A stretch of DNA of 47,298 bases from an uncultured Atribacterota bacterium (GTDB lineage Bacteria > Atribacterota > Phoenicimicrobiia > Phoenicimicrobiales > Stramentimicrobiaceae), in the NCBI GenBank assembly GCA_964404675.1, contig CAYOLB010000294.1, positions 1 to 47,298 of the forward strand. The letters run 5' to 3'. Positions 1 through 9,276 of this stretch are shown here, piece after piece (the stretch's first letter is position 1; each line of letters begins with the position of its first letter). A model generated the notes under the pieces. The model did no database searches. It saw nothing but the letters and a program-made list of their open reading frames with translations, and was not told the origin of the DNA. The translations under genes and the position numbers were made by a program.

Positions 1-25
1 TTTAATGGAAATCTACTTGAATATT

Positions 26-63
26 CCCTCTCCCCTCGGAGGGAGAGGGTTAGGGTGAGGGGG
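26..63. repeat. GC-rich palindromic REP-like element with G-tract tail
   Basis: CCCTCTCCC (26-34) pairs with GGGAGAGGG (41-49) around a 6-nt loop, followed by TTAGGGTGAGGGGG; stands out in AT-rich DNA. Confidence 0.7.
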
Positions 64-133
64 AGAAATAATACAACTAATTTGAACCAATTAACCAATT
101 AACTAACAAACTAATTAACTAATTACCAAGAGT

Positions 134-164
134 AGTATTTAGTATCTGGCATATAGTATCAAGT
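134..164. repeat. 7-mer tandem repeat (AGTATyn family)
   Basis: AGTATTT AGTATCT GGCATAT AGTATCA AGT. Confidence 0.6.
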
Positions 165-190
165 TAGTAAATGCAGTATCTATTCATTTG

Positions 191-560
191 AACCAATTAA
201 CCAATGAATTAATGAACTGCATTTTAAACTAATTCAATGTCTTTGAGGTTGTGAACCAATTAACCAATGAACCAATTAACTAATTAACTAATGAACCAAC
301 TATACTGGCTACTAGTTTTTCTTGCTTTTTAGATCGACTGATTGGTGATTGGTAGATTATATTATTTTTTGAACTAATTAACTAATTAACTAATTAACCA
401 ATGAATTAATGAACTGCATTTTAAACTAATTCAATGTCTTTGAGGTTGTGAACCAATTAACTAATGAACCAATGAACTAATTAACTAACTATACTGGCTA
501 CTAGTTTTTCTTGCTTTTTAGATCGACTGATTGGTGATTGGTAGATTATCTTATTTTTTG
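191..560. repeat. ~190-bp tandem duplication (array-linker B-array-linker C, twice)
   Basis: 215-253 is identical to 412-450; 301-371 matches 490-560 with one mismatch (361 A vs 550 C). Confidence 0.9.
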
Positions 561-608
561 AACCAATTAACTAATAAACTAATTAACCAACAAACTATTT
601 ATCAAGTA

Positions 609-637
609 TTGTGTATAATTAAATTAAATGATAAAAT
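609..637 (+). promoter_or_regulatory. Putative sigma70-type promoter for the epimerase gene
   Basis: TTGTGT-N17-TAAAAT with extended TGn, 35 nt upstream of the ATG. Confidence 0.4.
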
Positions 638-672
638 CATTTTAGATTTTTAAGCAATGGAAAAGATATAAT

Positions 673-1656
673 ATGAATCAAAAAGGAAAAGAAAAGGTGC
701 TTGTCACAGGTGGAGCTGGATTCATAGGCTCACATATTGTAGATTTGTTAATAAAAAAGAATTATGAAGTAACAGTGATTGATGATTTATCCAGTGGAAA
801 CAAGGAAAATATTAATACAAAAGCGAAATTCTATCAAATTGATATCACTGATTCCAGATTGAAAGCTATCATTAAAAAAGAAAATCCTGATTATATCTGT
901 CATCAAGCAGCCCAGATAAGCGTTTCTTATTCTGTTAGAAATCCTTTAAAGGATGCTCAACGAAACATAATTGGTATCTTAAATTTACTGGATTGTGCCT
1001 CTGATAATAAGGTAAAGGGTGTAGTTTTTGCTTCTAGCGGTGGCACAGTATATGGAGAGCCAGATTATTTTCCTATAAACGAAAAAACTCCCTTTAACCC
1101 CACTTCTCCTTATGGTATTGCCAAAATGTCATCAGAATATTACCTGAGATTTTTTTGCGATTATTATAATTTAAACTATATTGCTCTGCGATATGGGAAT
1201 GTATATGGCCCAAGACAGGACCCCTATGGTGAAGCCGGTGTCATTGCTATCTTTATTCGTAAGATGCTAAATGGAGAGATACCAACTATAAACGGTGATG
1301 GTGAATATATTAGGGATTATGTTTATGTTGAAGATGTAGCAAATGCTTGTTTACTCAGTATAAAAAATATGCTAAAATTAGCAGAGTTATATCAGAAAGA
1401 TAGTTTGAAAAATACCTTTATTTCTTATAATATTGGTACAGGTGATGGTATATCTGTGAATCAGTTGTTTTCCTACTTAAGGGAGATAATTGATTTTTCT
1501 ATGCAGGCTAATTATGGGCCTCCTCGTCCGGGAGATGTAAGAAAAAATATACTTGATTGCAGGATGGCAAAAGAATTTTTAAATTGGGAAGCAAAAGATA
1601 ACATTAAAAGTGGCTTACGAAAAACTGTTGAATGGTTTGCAAGTGAAAACAAATAA
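673..1656 (+). CDS. NAD-dependent epimerase/dehydratase (UDP-glucose 4-epimerase-like, extended SDR)
   Basis: VLVTGGAGFIGS Rossmann motif, YGIAK catalytic motif, RYGNVYGPRQ, RDYVYVEDVA. Confidence 0.9.
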   Translation: MNQKGKEKVLVTGGAGFIGSHIVDLLIKKNYEVTVIDDLSSGNKENINTKAKFYQIDITDSRLKAIIKKENPDYICHQAAQISVSYSVRNPLKDAQRNIIGILNLLDCASDNKVKGVVFASSGGTVYGEPDYFPINEKTPFNPTSPYGIAKMSSEYYLRFFCDYYNLNYIALRYGNVYGPRQDPYGEAGVIAIFIRKMLNGEIPTINGDGEYIRDYVYVEDVANACLLSIKNMLKLAELYQKDSLKNTFISYNIGTGDGISVNQLFSYLREIIDFSMQANYGPPRPGDVRKNILDCRMAKEFLNWEAKDNIKSGLRKTVEWFASENK

Positions 1657-1770
1657 TAGGATGAGAGATTATAGATATCATACAATATAGACAAACTAAT
1701 AAATTAATTGAATTTATTATTGAAAAATGAGAGTTAACTACTTCTTTAAGAAAGTAATTGGGAGGCATCT

Positions 1771-3414
1771 TTGGCTAATTGGGATAGTGCAATGGTTAAA
1801 ATAGCAGGAATATTTCTTGCTGGTTTATTAATGGTATTATTAGGGAAATTAGACCAAAAGAAAAAACTTGCTCCCTATATAAAATTGTCATTACAAGCTG
1901 TTATTGCTTTATTGGTTATATTTGTTGGGGTCAGAATTGAGTTTTTAAGAGGCTCTTCAGGCGATTATTGGTATTTAGCCAATTTATCGATTCCTATCAC
2001 AATTGTGTGGTTGTTGATAATTACTAATTCTGTAGGCCAGACTGATGAATTAGGTGATATTACCCCAATTATAGTGTTTATTGCCTCCATAACATTTTTA
2101 TTTGTATCAATCTTCCAGCGGCAAGGTCTTCTCCTAGCTGAAATCTTATCCGTTGGTCTATCAATTTTTTCTTTAGCTATTATTTACTTGAGAAAAAAGA
2201 AAGTAAATTTTAAAACTAATACTAATTATTATTCAATTTATTACATGTTCTTTGGCTTCATGTTAGCGATTATTGCAATTGTAGGGGTATTAAAGAGTAC
2301 CGCTGCTTTGACCTTGCTGACACCATTTTTAATTTTGGGGTTACCTATTATTGATACTTCATATTCTTTTATTGCTGGTTATCTAAGAGACGATTATTTG
2401 GGATCAGTTAATGAAAGTAAATTAAGACAGCAATTGATAAGCCAGGGATTCTCTTTGAGAGGGGCAAATATGCTTATTGTATTCACCTGCATTTATTTAA
2501 GCCTTATTGCAATTGTAATATCAATATGGGAGGATGTTTATCTATTTAGTATAATGATTGGGATTGGATATCTGACTTTTTATTGGTTAAAACAACAAGT
2601 CCTGCAAGGGAAAAATATTATTCATATTGACGAAAAGAGGCAAAAGGTAAGCTTGTTCGGTGTACCTATTGATAGGATTAGTGCTCAGAAGGCTATAGAA
2701 AGGCTTGATAATTTTGTTTCTCAAAGAAAACCTAGTTTTGTGGTAACTCCTGATACTCTTGCAGTCTTACGGGCACGCAAAGATAAAAAATATTTAGACA
2801 TTACCAAGAAAGCAGATTTAGTAACCCCAGATGGTGCAGGCATACTCTGGGCTACTGCTACTTTAGATGTGCCATTGATTGAACGTATTACTGGAATTGA
2901 TTTAATAAATAAGATATGTACAGCAGCTGTTGAAAGGGATTATAAGCTTTATCTGTTAGGTTCAAGAAATGAGGTAATTGAGAAAGCTGTAGAAAATTTA
3001 AAAGAAAAATTTCCAGGAATTAATATAGTTGGATATTATCATGGCTATTTTAATCAACTTGCTCCCAATGGTGAAGAAATCGCAAAAAGTGAAAGTGAAA
3101 TCATTAAGGAAATAAAAGAAAAGAAACCGGATTTCTTATTAGTAGGGTTGGGTGTTCCAAAACAAGAGCTATGGATATCAAAACATAAAGATGAATTAGA
3201 TGTCCCAGTATGTATCGGTATTGGAGGAAGTTTTGATGTTCTCTCGGGGAAAATACCCAGGGCTCCAATATGGATGCAAAATCACGGTATGGAATGGATA
3301 TTTAGATTAATGAAGGAGCCAAAAAGATTAAAGCGTGTTGTAGCTTTGCCTTATTTTATGTGGCTTATATTTTTGGGGAAGATTGAATTGTTTTTCCGAA
3401 CCGAAGGTCAATAA
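1771..3414 (+). CDS. Fusion of a degenerate MraY/WecA/TagO-like membrane domain and a WecB/TagA/CpsF glycosyltransferase
   Basis: GGAGG RBS and TTG start; polytopic N-half with LAPYIKLSLQ and PIIDT motifs; C-half has PDGAG, ERITGIDL, VGLGVPKQE, GIGGSFD, RAP..MQ..GMEW.FRL. Confidence 0.85.
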   Translation: MANWDSAMVKIAGIFLAGLLMVLLGKLDQKKKLAPYIKLSLQAVIALLVIFVGVRIEFLRGSSGDYWYLANLSIPITIVWLLIITNSVGQTDELGDITPIIVFIASITFLFVSIFQRQGLLLAEILSVGLSIFSLAIIYLRKKKVNFKTNTNYYSIYYMFFGFMLAIIAIVGVLKSTAALTLLTPFLILGLPIIDTSYSFIAGYLRDDYLGSVNESKLRQQLISQGFSLRGANMLIVFTCIYLSLIAIVISIWEDVYLFSIMIGIGYLTFYWLKQQVLQGKNIIHIDEKRQKVSLFGVPIDRISAQKAIERLDNFVSQRKPSFVVTPDTLAVLRARKDKKYLDITKKADLVTPDGAGILWATATLDVPLIERITGIDLINKICTAAVERDYKLYLLGSRNEVIEKAVENLKEKFPGINIVGYYHGYFNQLAPNGEEIAKSESEIIKEIKEKKPDFLLVGLGVPKQELWISKHKDELDVPVCIGIGGSFDVLSGKIPRAPIWMQNHGMEWIFRLMKEPKRLKRVVALPYFMWLIFLGKIELFFRTEGQ

Positions 3415-3816
3415 TTAATAATTCTTAAGAAATAAATTACCTGAAATACATGTAGAGCATATCCATAGTTATGTAAAACATTTATCATACTTGGGACTAT
3501 TTCATTAATAAAAACCAACATTAATTCATTGCCACCTGTGCCGCCATTTGTTTTATCAATGATAATATTTTAATAAACGAAAATAGATATTTAATTTACA
3601 ATTATAATTTGTGCTATAAATTTAGATTTATAATGGAGTCAAATAGTTAGTGTAGCTATAATTTTTTAAAAAGCGATAAGTAAAAACAAAAATTGCTGCA
3701 ATGCTGCAAAGATACAAGATTGGAAAAAAGTTAATAACATAATAATGAAATGCCCAATATTGTAATATTTCATCTTTGCAATTTTGCATGTGAAAAGTTT
3801 AAAGGATAAGAAGAGA

Positions 3817-4314
3817 ATGAAGCTATTGGCAAAAGTGGGAATCATTGCTCTGGCCTTGGCTATAGAGCTTGGTTTGGCCAATATATTAGATTTAAATAGT
3901 GTGAAACCAGACTTGTTATTGATAGTAGTAATCTGCATGGCATTTATTTCAGGTACTGAAGAGGGGACAATAGCTGGTTTTGCAGGGGGGTTAATCAAAG
4001 ATGTCTTTTCTGTGCATTTTTTAGGGATTAATGCCCTGGCTAAGACCTTAATTGGCTATATTGCCGGTGTAATTAAAGATAAAATATTTTCCCAGCACAT
4101 TATTTGGATAGTTGCTATAGCAACATTTGTTTTTACATTTATAAATAATTTTATAGTTTATTACCTCTTAAATGCCCTTCATGTTGGTTATGATTTTGCC
4201 ATAATACTAAAAAAATTTATCTTTAGTCAGGCAATAATGAATACTTTATTATCTCCTTTTATTTATATAGGAATTAAAAAAATATTTACCGTTATAGGCC
4301 GATGGAGTAAATAG
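3817..4314 (+). CDS. mreD: Rod shape-determining protein MreD
   Basis: VKPDLLLIVV, GFAGGLIKD, LGINAL motifs; directly before mrdA; ATG at 3817 preferred over TTG at 3784. Confidence 0.85.
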   Translation: MKLLAKVGIIALALAIELGLANILDLNSVKPDLLLIVVICMAFISGTEEGTIAGFAGGLIKDVFSVHFLGINALAKTLIGYIAGVIKDKIFSQHIIWIVAIATFVFTFINNFIVYYLLNALHVGYDFAIILKKFIFSQAIMNTLLSPFIYIGIKKIFTVIGRWSK

Positions 4315-4317
4315 GAT

Positions 4318-6120
4318 ATGTTTAATCAAAAGAACACAAAAATAACAGGAGATTTTATAAAAAAAAGGCTAAATAACCTATTTATATTAATAATCATATG
4401 TTTTGCAGTGTTGCTGGTAAATCTTTGGTATTTACAAATTATAAAAGGTCAAGAATTCGAACAAAGGGCAATCAATAATTGTATCCGTTCTCTAGTGGAG
4501 GAAGCTCCCAGGGGAGAAATTTTTGATAAAAATGATAAATTATTAATAACAAATCGTCCTGCAGTAAATTTTACAGTTATTCCCGTGGAAATTGCTGATT
4601 ACCAGTCATTATCAAATCAGTTGAGTTCGATTGTATCATTGGAAGAATCATATCTAATGGATAGATTTGAGCAACTAAAAAATAGGCCTTTTCAGGCACA
4701 GATTGTAGTAAGAGACCTTGAAAAAGAACAGATAATTGCAGTTGAAGAGCAAAAATATAGATTGAAAGGGACACTTCTTACCGTACAACCTGAAAGAAAA
4801 TATCTCTATAGTGAATTAGCAGCACATATTTCAGGTTTTGTTAATGAGGTTAGTGAAGAAGAGTTAAAGTCGGCTGAGAATGCTAAATTATCGGGGGGAG
4901 ATATTGTAGGTAAAAGTGGTATTGAAAAATATTATGATGCTTACCTGCGTGGGAAAAAAGGCACAAAAGAAGTAGAGGTTGATGCTCTAGGGAGGGAAGT
5001 TTTAACATTAAAATATGAAGAACCAGTTGCCGGGAATGATATTTATTTGACAATTGATAGTGAATTGCAACAATATATCCAGAAAGCAATTTTAGGATTA
5101 AAAGGGGTAGTTATAGTAAGCGAAGCAGGCACTGGTAAAATTCTGGCAATGGTCAGCCAACCTAGTTATGATCCTAATTTATTTACGCAACAGATATCAT
5201 TAGAACAATGGAATGAAATAGCACAAAGCAAAGAGAATATCCTGTGCAATCGTAGTATCCAGGGAGTTTATCCTCCAGGTTCGGTTTTTAAATTAATTAC
5301 TGCTATCGCTGCTTTGGAAGAAGGGCTAGTTGGTTTGAACGAGAAGATATATTGCCCGGGTTATTATGAGTTAGGGGATTTAACCTTCAAATGCTGGAAA
5401 GAAACTGGTCATGGCAATCAGACCTTTCTGGAGGCAATCAAAAACTCTTGTAATGTGTTTTTTTACACAATGGGTAACAGGCTGGGGATTGACAAGCTTA
5501 ACCATTATGCAACTATGTTTGGCTTGGGAGTAAAAACAGGCATTGATTTACCAGGAGAATTACCTGGTTTAGTTCCCTCTCAGGAATGGAAAAGAAGAAC
5601 ATTTAACCAGGTATGGTTTCCAGGGGATACCACTAACTTATCTATTGGTCAGGGGTATTTATTAACAACCCCCTTCCAAATTCACAATATGCTTTGTATT
5701 ATTGCTAATGATGGAGATGTATACAGGCAGTTTAATGTTGATAGAATTGTCTCTCAATCAGGGGAAGAAGTAAAAAAATATGAACCTGAAATTATTAGAA
5801 GTGTTGATGTATCTGCTGAGTCGTTTAAATTGGTCAAAGAAGGTATGAAAAAAGTGATAGAAGAGGGAACGGGTTTCAATGCCAGGGTAGAAGGCATCCC
5901 ATTGGCAGGCAAAACAGGGACTGCCCAAAACCCCCAAGGTGAGAATCATGCATGGTTTATAGGGTTTGCGCCATTTCAAAATCCTGAGATTTGTGTGACT
6001 GTTTTTATTGAACATGGTGGAGATGGGAGTCAATCGGCGGCACCGATTGCCAGAGAAATATTCGAATATTATTTTCATCAAAAAGATAGTCAGTTAGTTC
6101 AGTTAAAAGAATCGCAATAG
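4318..6120 (+). CDS. mrdA: Penicillin-binding protein 2
   Basis: N-terminal TM, APRGEIFD, SVFK (SxxK), SCN (SxN), KTG motifs; context mreD/rodA. Confidence 0.92.
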   Translation: MFNQKNTKITGDFIKKRLNNLFILIIICFAVLLVNLWYLQIIKGQEFEQRAINNCIRSLVEEAPRGEIFDKNDKLLITNRPAVNFTVIPVEIADYQSLSNQLSSIVSLEESYLMDRFEQLKNRPFQAQIVVRDLEKEQIIAVEEQKYRLKGTLLTVQPERKYLYSELAAHISGFVNEVSEEELKSAENAKLSGGDIVGKSGIEKYYDAYLRGKKGTKEVEVDALGREVLTLKYEEPVAGNDIYLTIDSELQQYIQKAILGLKGVVIVSEAGTGKILAMVSQPSYDPNLFTQQISLEQWNEIAQSKENILCNRSIQGVYPPGSVFKLITAIAALEEGLVGLNEKIYCPGYYELGDLTFKCWKETGHGNQTFLEAIKNSCNVFFYTMGNRLGIDKLNHYATMFGLGVKTGIDLPGELPGLVPSQEWKRRTFNQVWFPGDTTNLSIGQGYLLTTPFQIHNMLCIIANDGDVYRQFNVDRIVSQSGEEVKKYEPEIIRSVDVSAESFKLVKEGMKKVIEEGTGFNARVEGIPLAGKTGTAQNPQGENHAWFIGFAPFQNPEICVTVFIEHGGDGSQSAAPIAREIFEYYFHQKDSQLVQLKESQ

Positions 6121-6140
6121 ATTTAAAAGGTTTAAAATAG

Positions 6141-7292
6141 ATGATTAGAAATAAAACAAGTTCATTCCTAGGATTAGGGCAAGCTCCTATTAATAGAATG
6201 TTTAATCTGATAAAGCATATTGATTATTCGTTTCTGTTTGTAGTACTGTGTCTATGTTTTTATGGATTATTAATAATTTACAGCACCACACATTTACAGG
6301 CAACAGAATCAGGTTCTTTGTATTATGTTAAACAACAATTAATTTATATATTAGCTGGGATAGCATTAGCTTTTTTAATATCACTTATTGATTATCATGA
6401 AATAGAAAAATTAGCATTACCCCTTTATTTAGCAGCTGTTGCTGCTTTGATATATGTTATTTTTTTCGGGAGGACTACTGGCGGAGCCCAGCGCTGGATA
6501 GTAATTGCCGGCTATGATTTTCAACCATCAGAATTTGCTAAGATTGCCTTAATATGTTTTCTAGCAAATTATTTTTACAGTCAAAAGGAAAAATTATCTT
6601 ATTCAATATATTTTTCATTGCCTTTTTTATTTACCATTATTCCAATGCTATTAATATTCCGCCAACCCGATTTGGGAAGTTCAATGGTATTCTTAGCAAT
6701 ATTATTGTGTATGATATTTGTTGCTGGAATCAAATGGAAGCATATCATAATGATGTTTTTAATAACCCTGGCATCTTTCCCGATTTTATGGTCGTTTCTG
6801 AAGGATTATCAAAAGAACCGATTAATACTCTTTATAAACCCAAATCTAGACCCACTAGGAGCCGGCTATAATGTGATACAATCAAAAGTAGCAATTGGTT
6901 CTGGAGGCCTGCTTGGACAAGGATTATTCAGTGGGATTCAAAGTCAGTTAAAATTTTTACCAGCACAACACACTGATTTTGTCTTTTCAGTAATTGGTGA
7001 AGAAATGGGATTTTTTGGGGCAGTATTGTTACTGATATTATTTGTGATTGTATTATGGAAAGGAATAAAAATTGCCCAGGAAGCACCAGATTTGCTGGGA
7101 ACATTTTTGGCTACTGGAGTTGTGGCATTTTTATTTTTCCATATCTTTATTAATATTGGTATGGCGATGGGTTTGATGCCGGCAACTGGATTGCCTTTAT
7201 CGTTTATTAGTTATGGCGGGACTTTTATGATAAGTAATTTTATCGGTATTGGAATACTCTTTAGTGTTCATATCAGAAGTGTTTTTACTTAA
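6141..7292 (+). CDS. rodA: Rod shape-determining protein RodA (SEDS)
   Basis: GAQRWI, FQPSEFAK, QPDLG, GYNVIQS..AIGSGG, LPAQHTDF, SYGG; start may be the downstream Met at 6198. Confidence 0.92.
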   Translation: MIRNKTSSFLGLGQAPINRMFNLIKHIDYSFLFVVLCLCFYGLLIIYSTTHLQATESGSLYYVKQQLIYILAGIALAFLISLIDYHEIEKLALPLYLAAVAALIYVIFFGRTTGGAQRWIVIAGYDFQPSEFAKIALICFLANYFYSQKEKLSYSIYFSLPFLFTIIPMLLIFRQPDLGSSMVFLAILLCMIFVAGIKWKHIIMMFLITLASFPILWSFLKDYQKNRLILFINPNLDPLGAGYNVIQSKVAIGSGGLLGQGLFSGIQSQLKFLPAQHTDFVFSVIGEEMGFFGAVLLLILFVIVLWKGIKIAQEAPDLLGTFLATGVVAFLFFHIFINIGMAMGLMPATGLPLSFISYGGTFMISNFIGIGILFSVHIRSVFT

Positions 7293-7356
7293 GTCGCCAA
7301 TAATATATAATAATTAGGGATATTTTATAGATAGAAAAAAAACAGAGAAGGTACAA

Positions 7357-9276
7357 GTGAGTAAAAAAACGAGAAAAGAAATAGAGTCAATATTATTTCA
7401 AGAATTATTAGAAAAAGTGGAAAAACCAGGCCGTTATATTGGGAAAGAATATAATGAAATAATAAAAGAGGACAATGATAAAATGGTTAAATTTGCACTG
7501 GCTTTTCCAGATTTATATGAAATTGGAATGAGTTATCTTGGATTCAAAATTCTTTATGACATCATAAATAGAAGAGATGATGCATTTGCTGAAAGAATTT
7601 TTTCACCATATAGAGATATGGAAAATTTAATGCTTGAACGAGAGATACCTTTATTTTCCCTGGAAACCTATAGGCCATTTTCTGATTTTGATATAATTGG
7701 TTTTAGTTTACAACATGAGTTATGTTATACTAATGTGCTTCATATGCTGAGCCTGGGTAATGTTGAATTGCATGCCGTTAACCGAACTGAAAAAGATCCG
7801 TTAATTATTGCTGGGGGGCCATCAGCTTTTAACCCTGAGCCATTGGCTGATTTTATTGATATATTCGTGATTGGTGACGGTGAGGACATTGTAAATGAAA
7901 TTATCGAGGTTTATAAGGAATGGTCTGCCGAGGGAGATAAGCGCAAAAAAATTACTCTTTTAGAAAAGTTGGGAAAATTGCCTGGGATATATGTTCCTTC
8001 TTTTTATGATGTGAATTATTTTCCAGATGGAACAATTAATTCTTTTCAGTTAAAGCAAGAAGGGTCAAGAGAAAAAATAAAAAAGCGTATTAAACGTGAT
8101 TTAGATGATTCACATTTTCCAGTATCTCCCATTGTTCCCAATATTGATATTGTGCATGATAGAATTACCCTGGAAATATTTCGAGGATGTACAAGAGGTT
8201 GTCGCTTTTGTCAGGCAGGAATGATTTATAGGCCAGTTAGAGAGCGTTCTGAGAAAAAATTATTGGAATTAGCAGAAGAAAGTCTGTCTAACACCGGTTA
8301 TGAAGAGATTTCATTAACATCCTTGAGCTCCAGTGATTATAGTAGGATAGATAGTCTAATTGAAAAATTAGTAGATAGATATTGTGAACAGGGAATCAGT
8401 GTTTCTCTTCCATCGTTGAGGATTGATAGTTTTTCAGTGCAATTAGCAAGGCAATCTCAGCGAGTGAGGAAAACAGGGCTTACCTTTGCACCTGAAGTTG
8501 GAACAGATAGGATGAGTAATACAGTAAATAAAAATGTATCTGAAGATGATTTATATCAAACTGTTCAATATGCGCTAAAAGAAGGATGGAGAAGAATTAA
8601 ACTTTATTTTATGATAGGGCTGCCAACTGAGAGGTGGGAAGATATTGATGGTATTATCAATATGATTAAAAATGTTGAAAAAATTGGCAAGCAGATAGTA
8701 GGGAAGAAATTTTCCCTTAACATAAGTATAAATGCCTTTATACCAAAATCCCATACGCCCTTTCAGTGGATTGGACAGGAAAAAGAAAGTTTGTTACTGG
8801 AAAAATATGATTATATTGCCAAGAACATACGAAGCAGAAATATCTCATACAGTTATCCTGATACAAAATTAAGTATACTAGAAGCGGTTTTTGCAAGAGG
8901 AGATAGAAGATTAGGAAAGGTCCTGGAAGAAGCTCACGAAACGGGTTGTAAATTTGATTCCTGGAGAGAATACTTCGACTATGATTTGTGGAAAAAAGCC
9001 TTTCAGAAATGTAATCTTAGTATCTCTTTCTATGCTAACTGCGAAAGAAAAAAAGAAGAGATTTTACCCTGGGACTTAATAGATTGTGGTGTGAGTAAGG
9101 ATTTTTTATGGCTTGAATGGCAAAGAGCCCTACAGGGAATCGCTATAGATGATTGTCGTTTTTCTAAGTGCCACAATTGTGGCTTACAGGATGTTTGTTT
9201 CCGAATACCTAAATTAAACACCAATAAGAACAAAGCAAAAACGAACATAAATAGATATAAAAATGTGAGCAATTAA
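7357..9276 (+). CDS. TIGR03960-family B12-binding radical SAM protein
   Basis: VEKPGRYIG, FPDLYEIGMS, CTRGCRFC (CxxxCxxC), C-terminal C..C..C cluster; typical position after rodA. Confidence 0.88.
   Translation: MSKKTRKEIESILFQELLEKVEKPGRYIGKEYNEIIKEDNDKMVKFALAFPDLYEIGMSYLGFKILYDIINRRDDAFAERIFSPYRDMENLMLEREIPLFSLETYRPFSDFDIIGFSLQHELCYTNVLHMLSLGNVELHAVNRTEKDPLIIAGGPSAFNPEPLADFIDIFVIGDGEDIVNEIIEVYKEWSAEGDKRKKITLLEKLGKLPGIYVPSFYDVNYFPDGTINSFQLKQEGSREKIKKRIKRDLDDSHFPVSPIVPNIDIVHDRITLEIFRGCTRGCRFCQAGMIYRPVRERSEKKLLELAEESLSNTGYEEISLTSLSSSDYSRIDSLIEKLVDRYCEQGISVSLPSLRIDSFSVQLARQSQRVRKTGLTFAPEVGTDRMSNTVNKNVSEDDLYQTVQYALKEGWRRIKLYFMIGLPTERWEDIDGIINMIKNVEKIGKQIVGKKFSLNISINAFIPKSHTPFQWIGQEKESLLLEKYDYIAKNIRSRNISYSYPDTKLSILEAVFARGDRRLGKVLEEAHETGCKFDSWREYFDYDLWKKAFQKCNLSISFYANCERKKEEILPWDLIDCGVSKDFLWLEWQRALQGIAIDDCRFSKCHNCGLQDVCFRIPKLNTNKNKAKTNINRYKNVSN

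Larger units (their letters stand above)
75..600. repeat. Six short tandem arrays of an 8-mer (consensus AACYAATK) separated by non-array linkers
   Basis: Arrays at 85-124, 191-214, 254-300, 372-411, 451-489 and 561-600, plus a lone unit at 75-82; units AACCAATT/AACTAATT/AACCAATG/AACTAATG read directly. Confidence 0.9.

Noticed and set aside
50-55. Telomere-like TTAGGG
   Set aside because: Single occurrence inside the GC-rich palindromic element
75-600. CRISPR array
   Set aside because: Repeats are variable-length runs of an 8-mer rather than a fixed 23-47 nt unit, linkers are duplicated and uneven in length, and no cas genes are present
1657-1770. Frameshifted 5' part of a tagO gene
   Set aside because: AT-rich with stop codons and no TagO-like N-terminal motif visible; a good GGAGG RBS precedes TTG 1771
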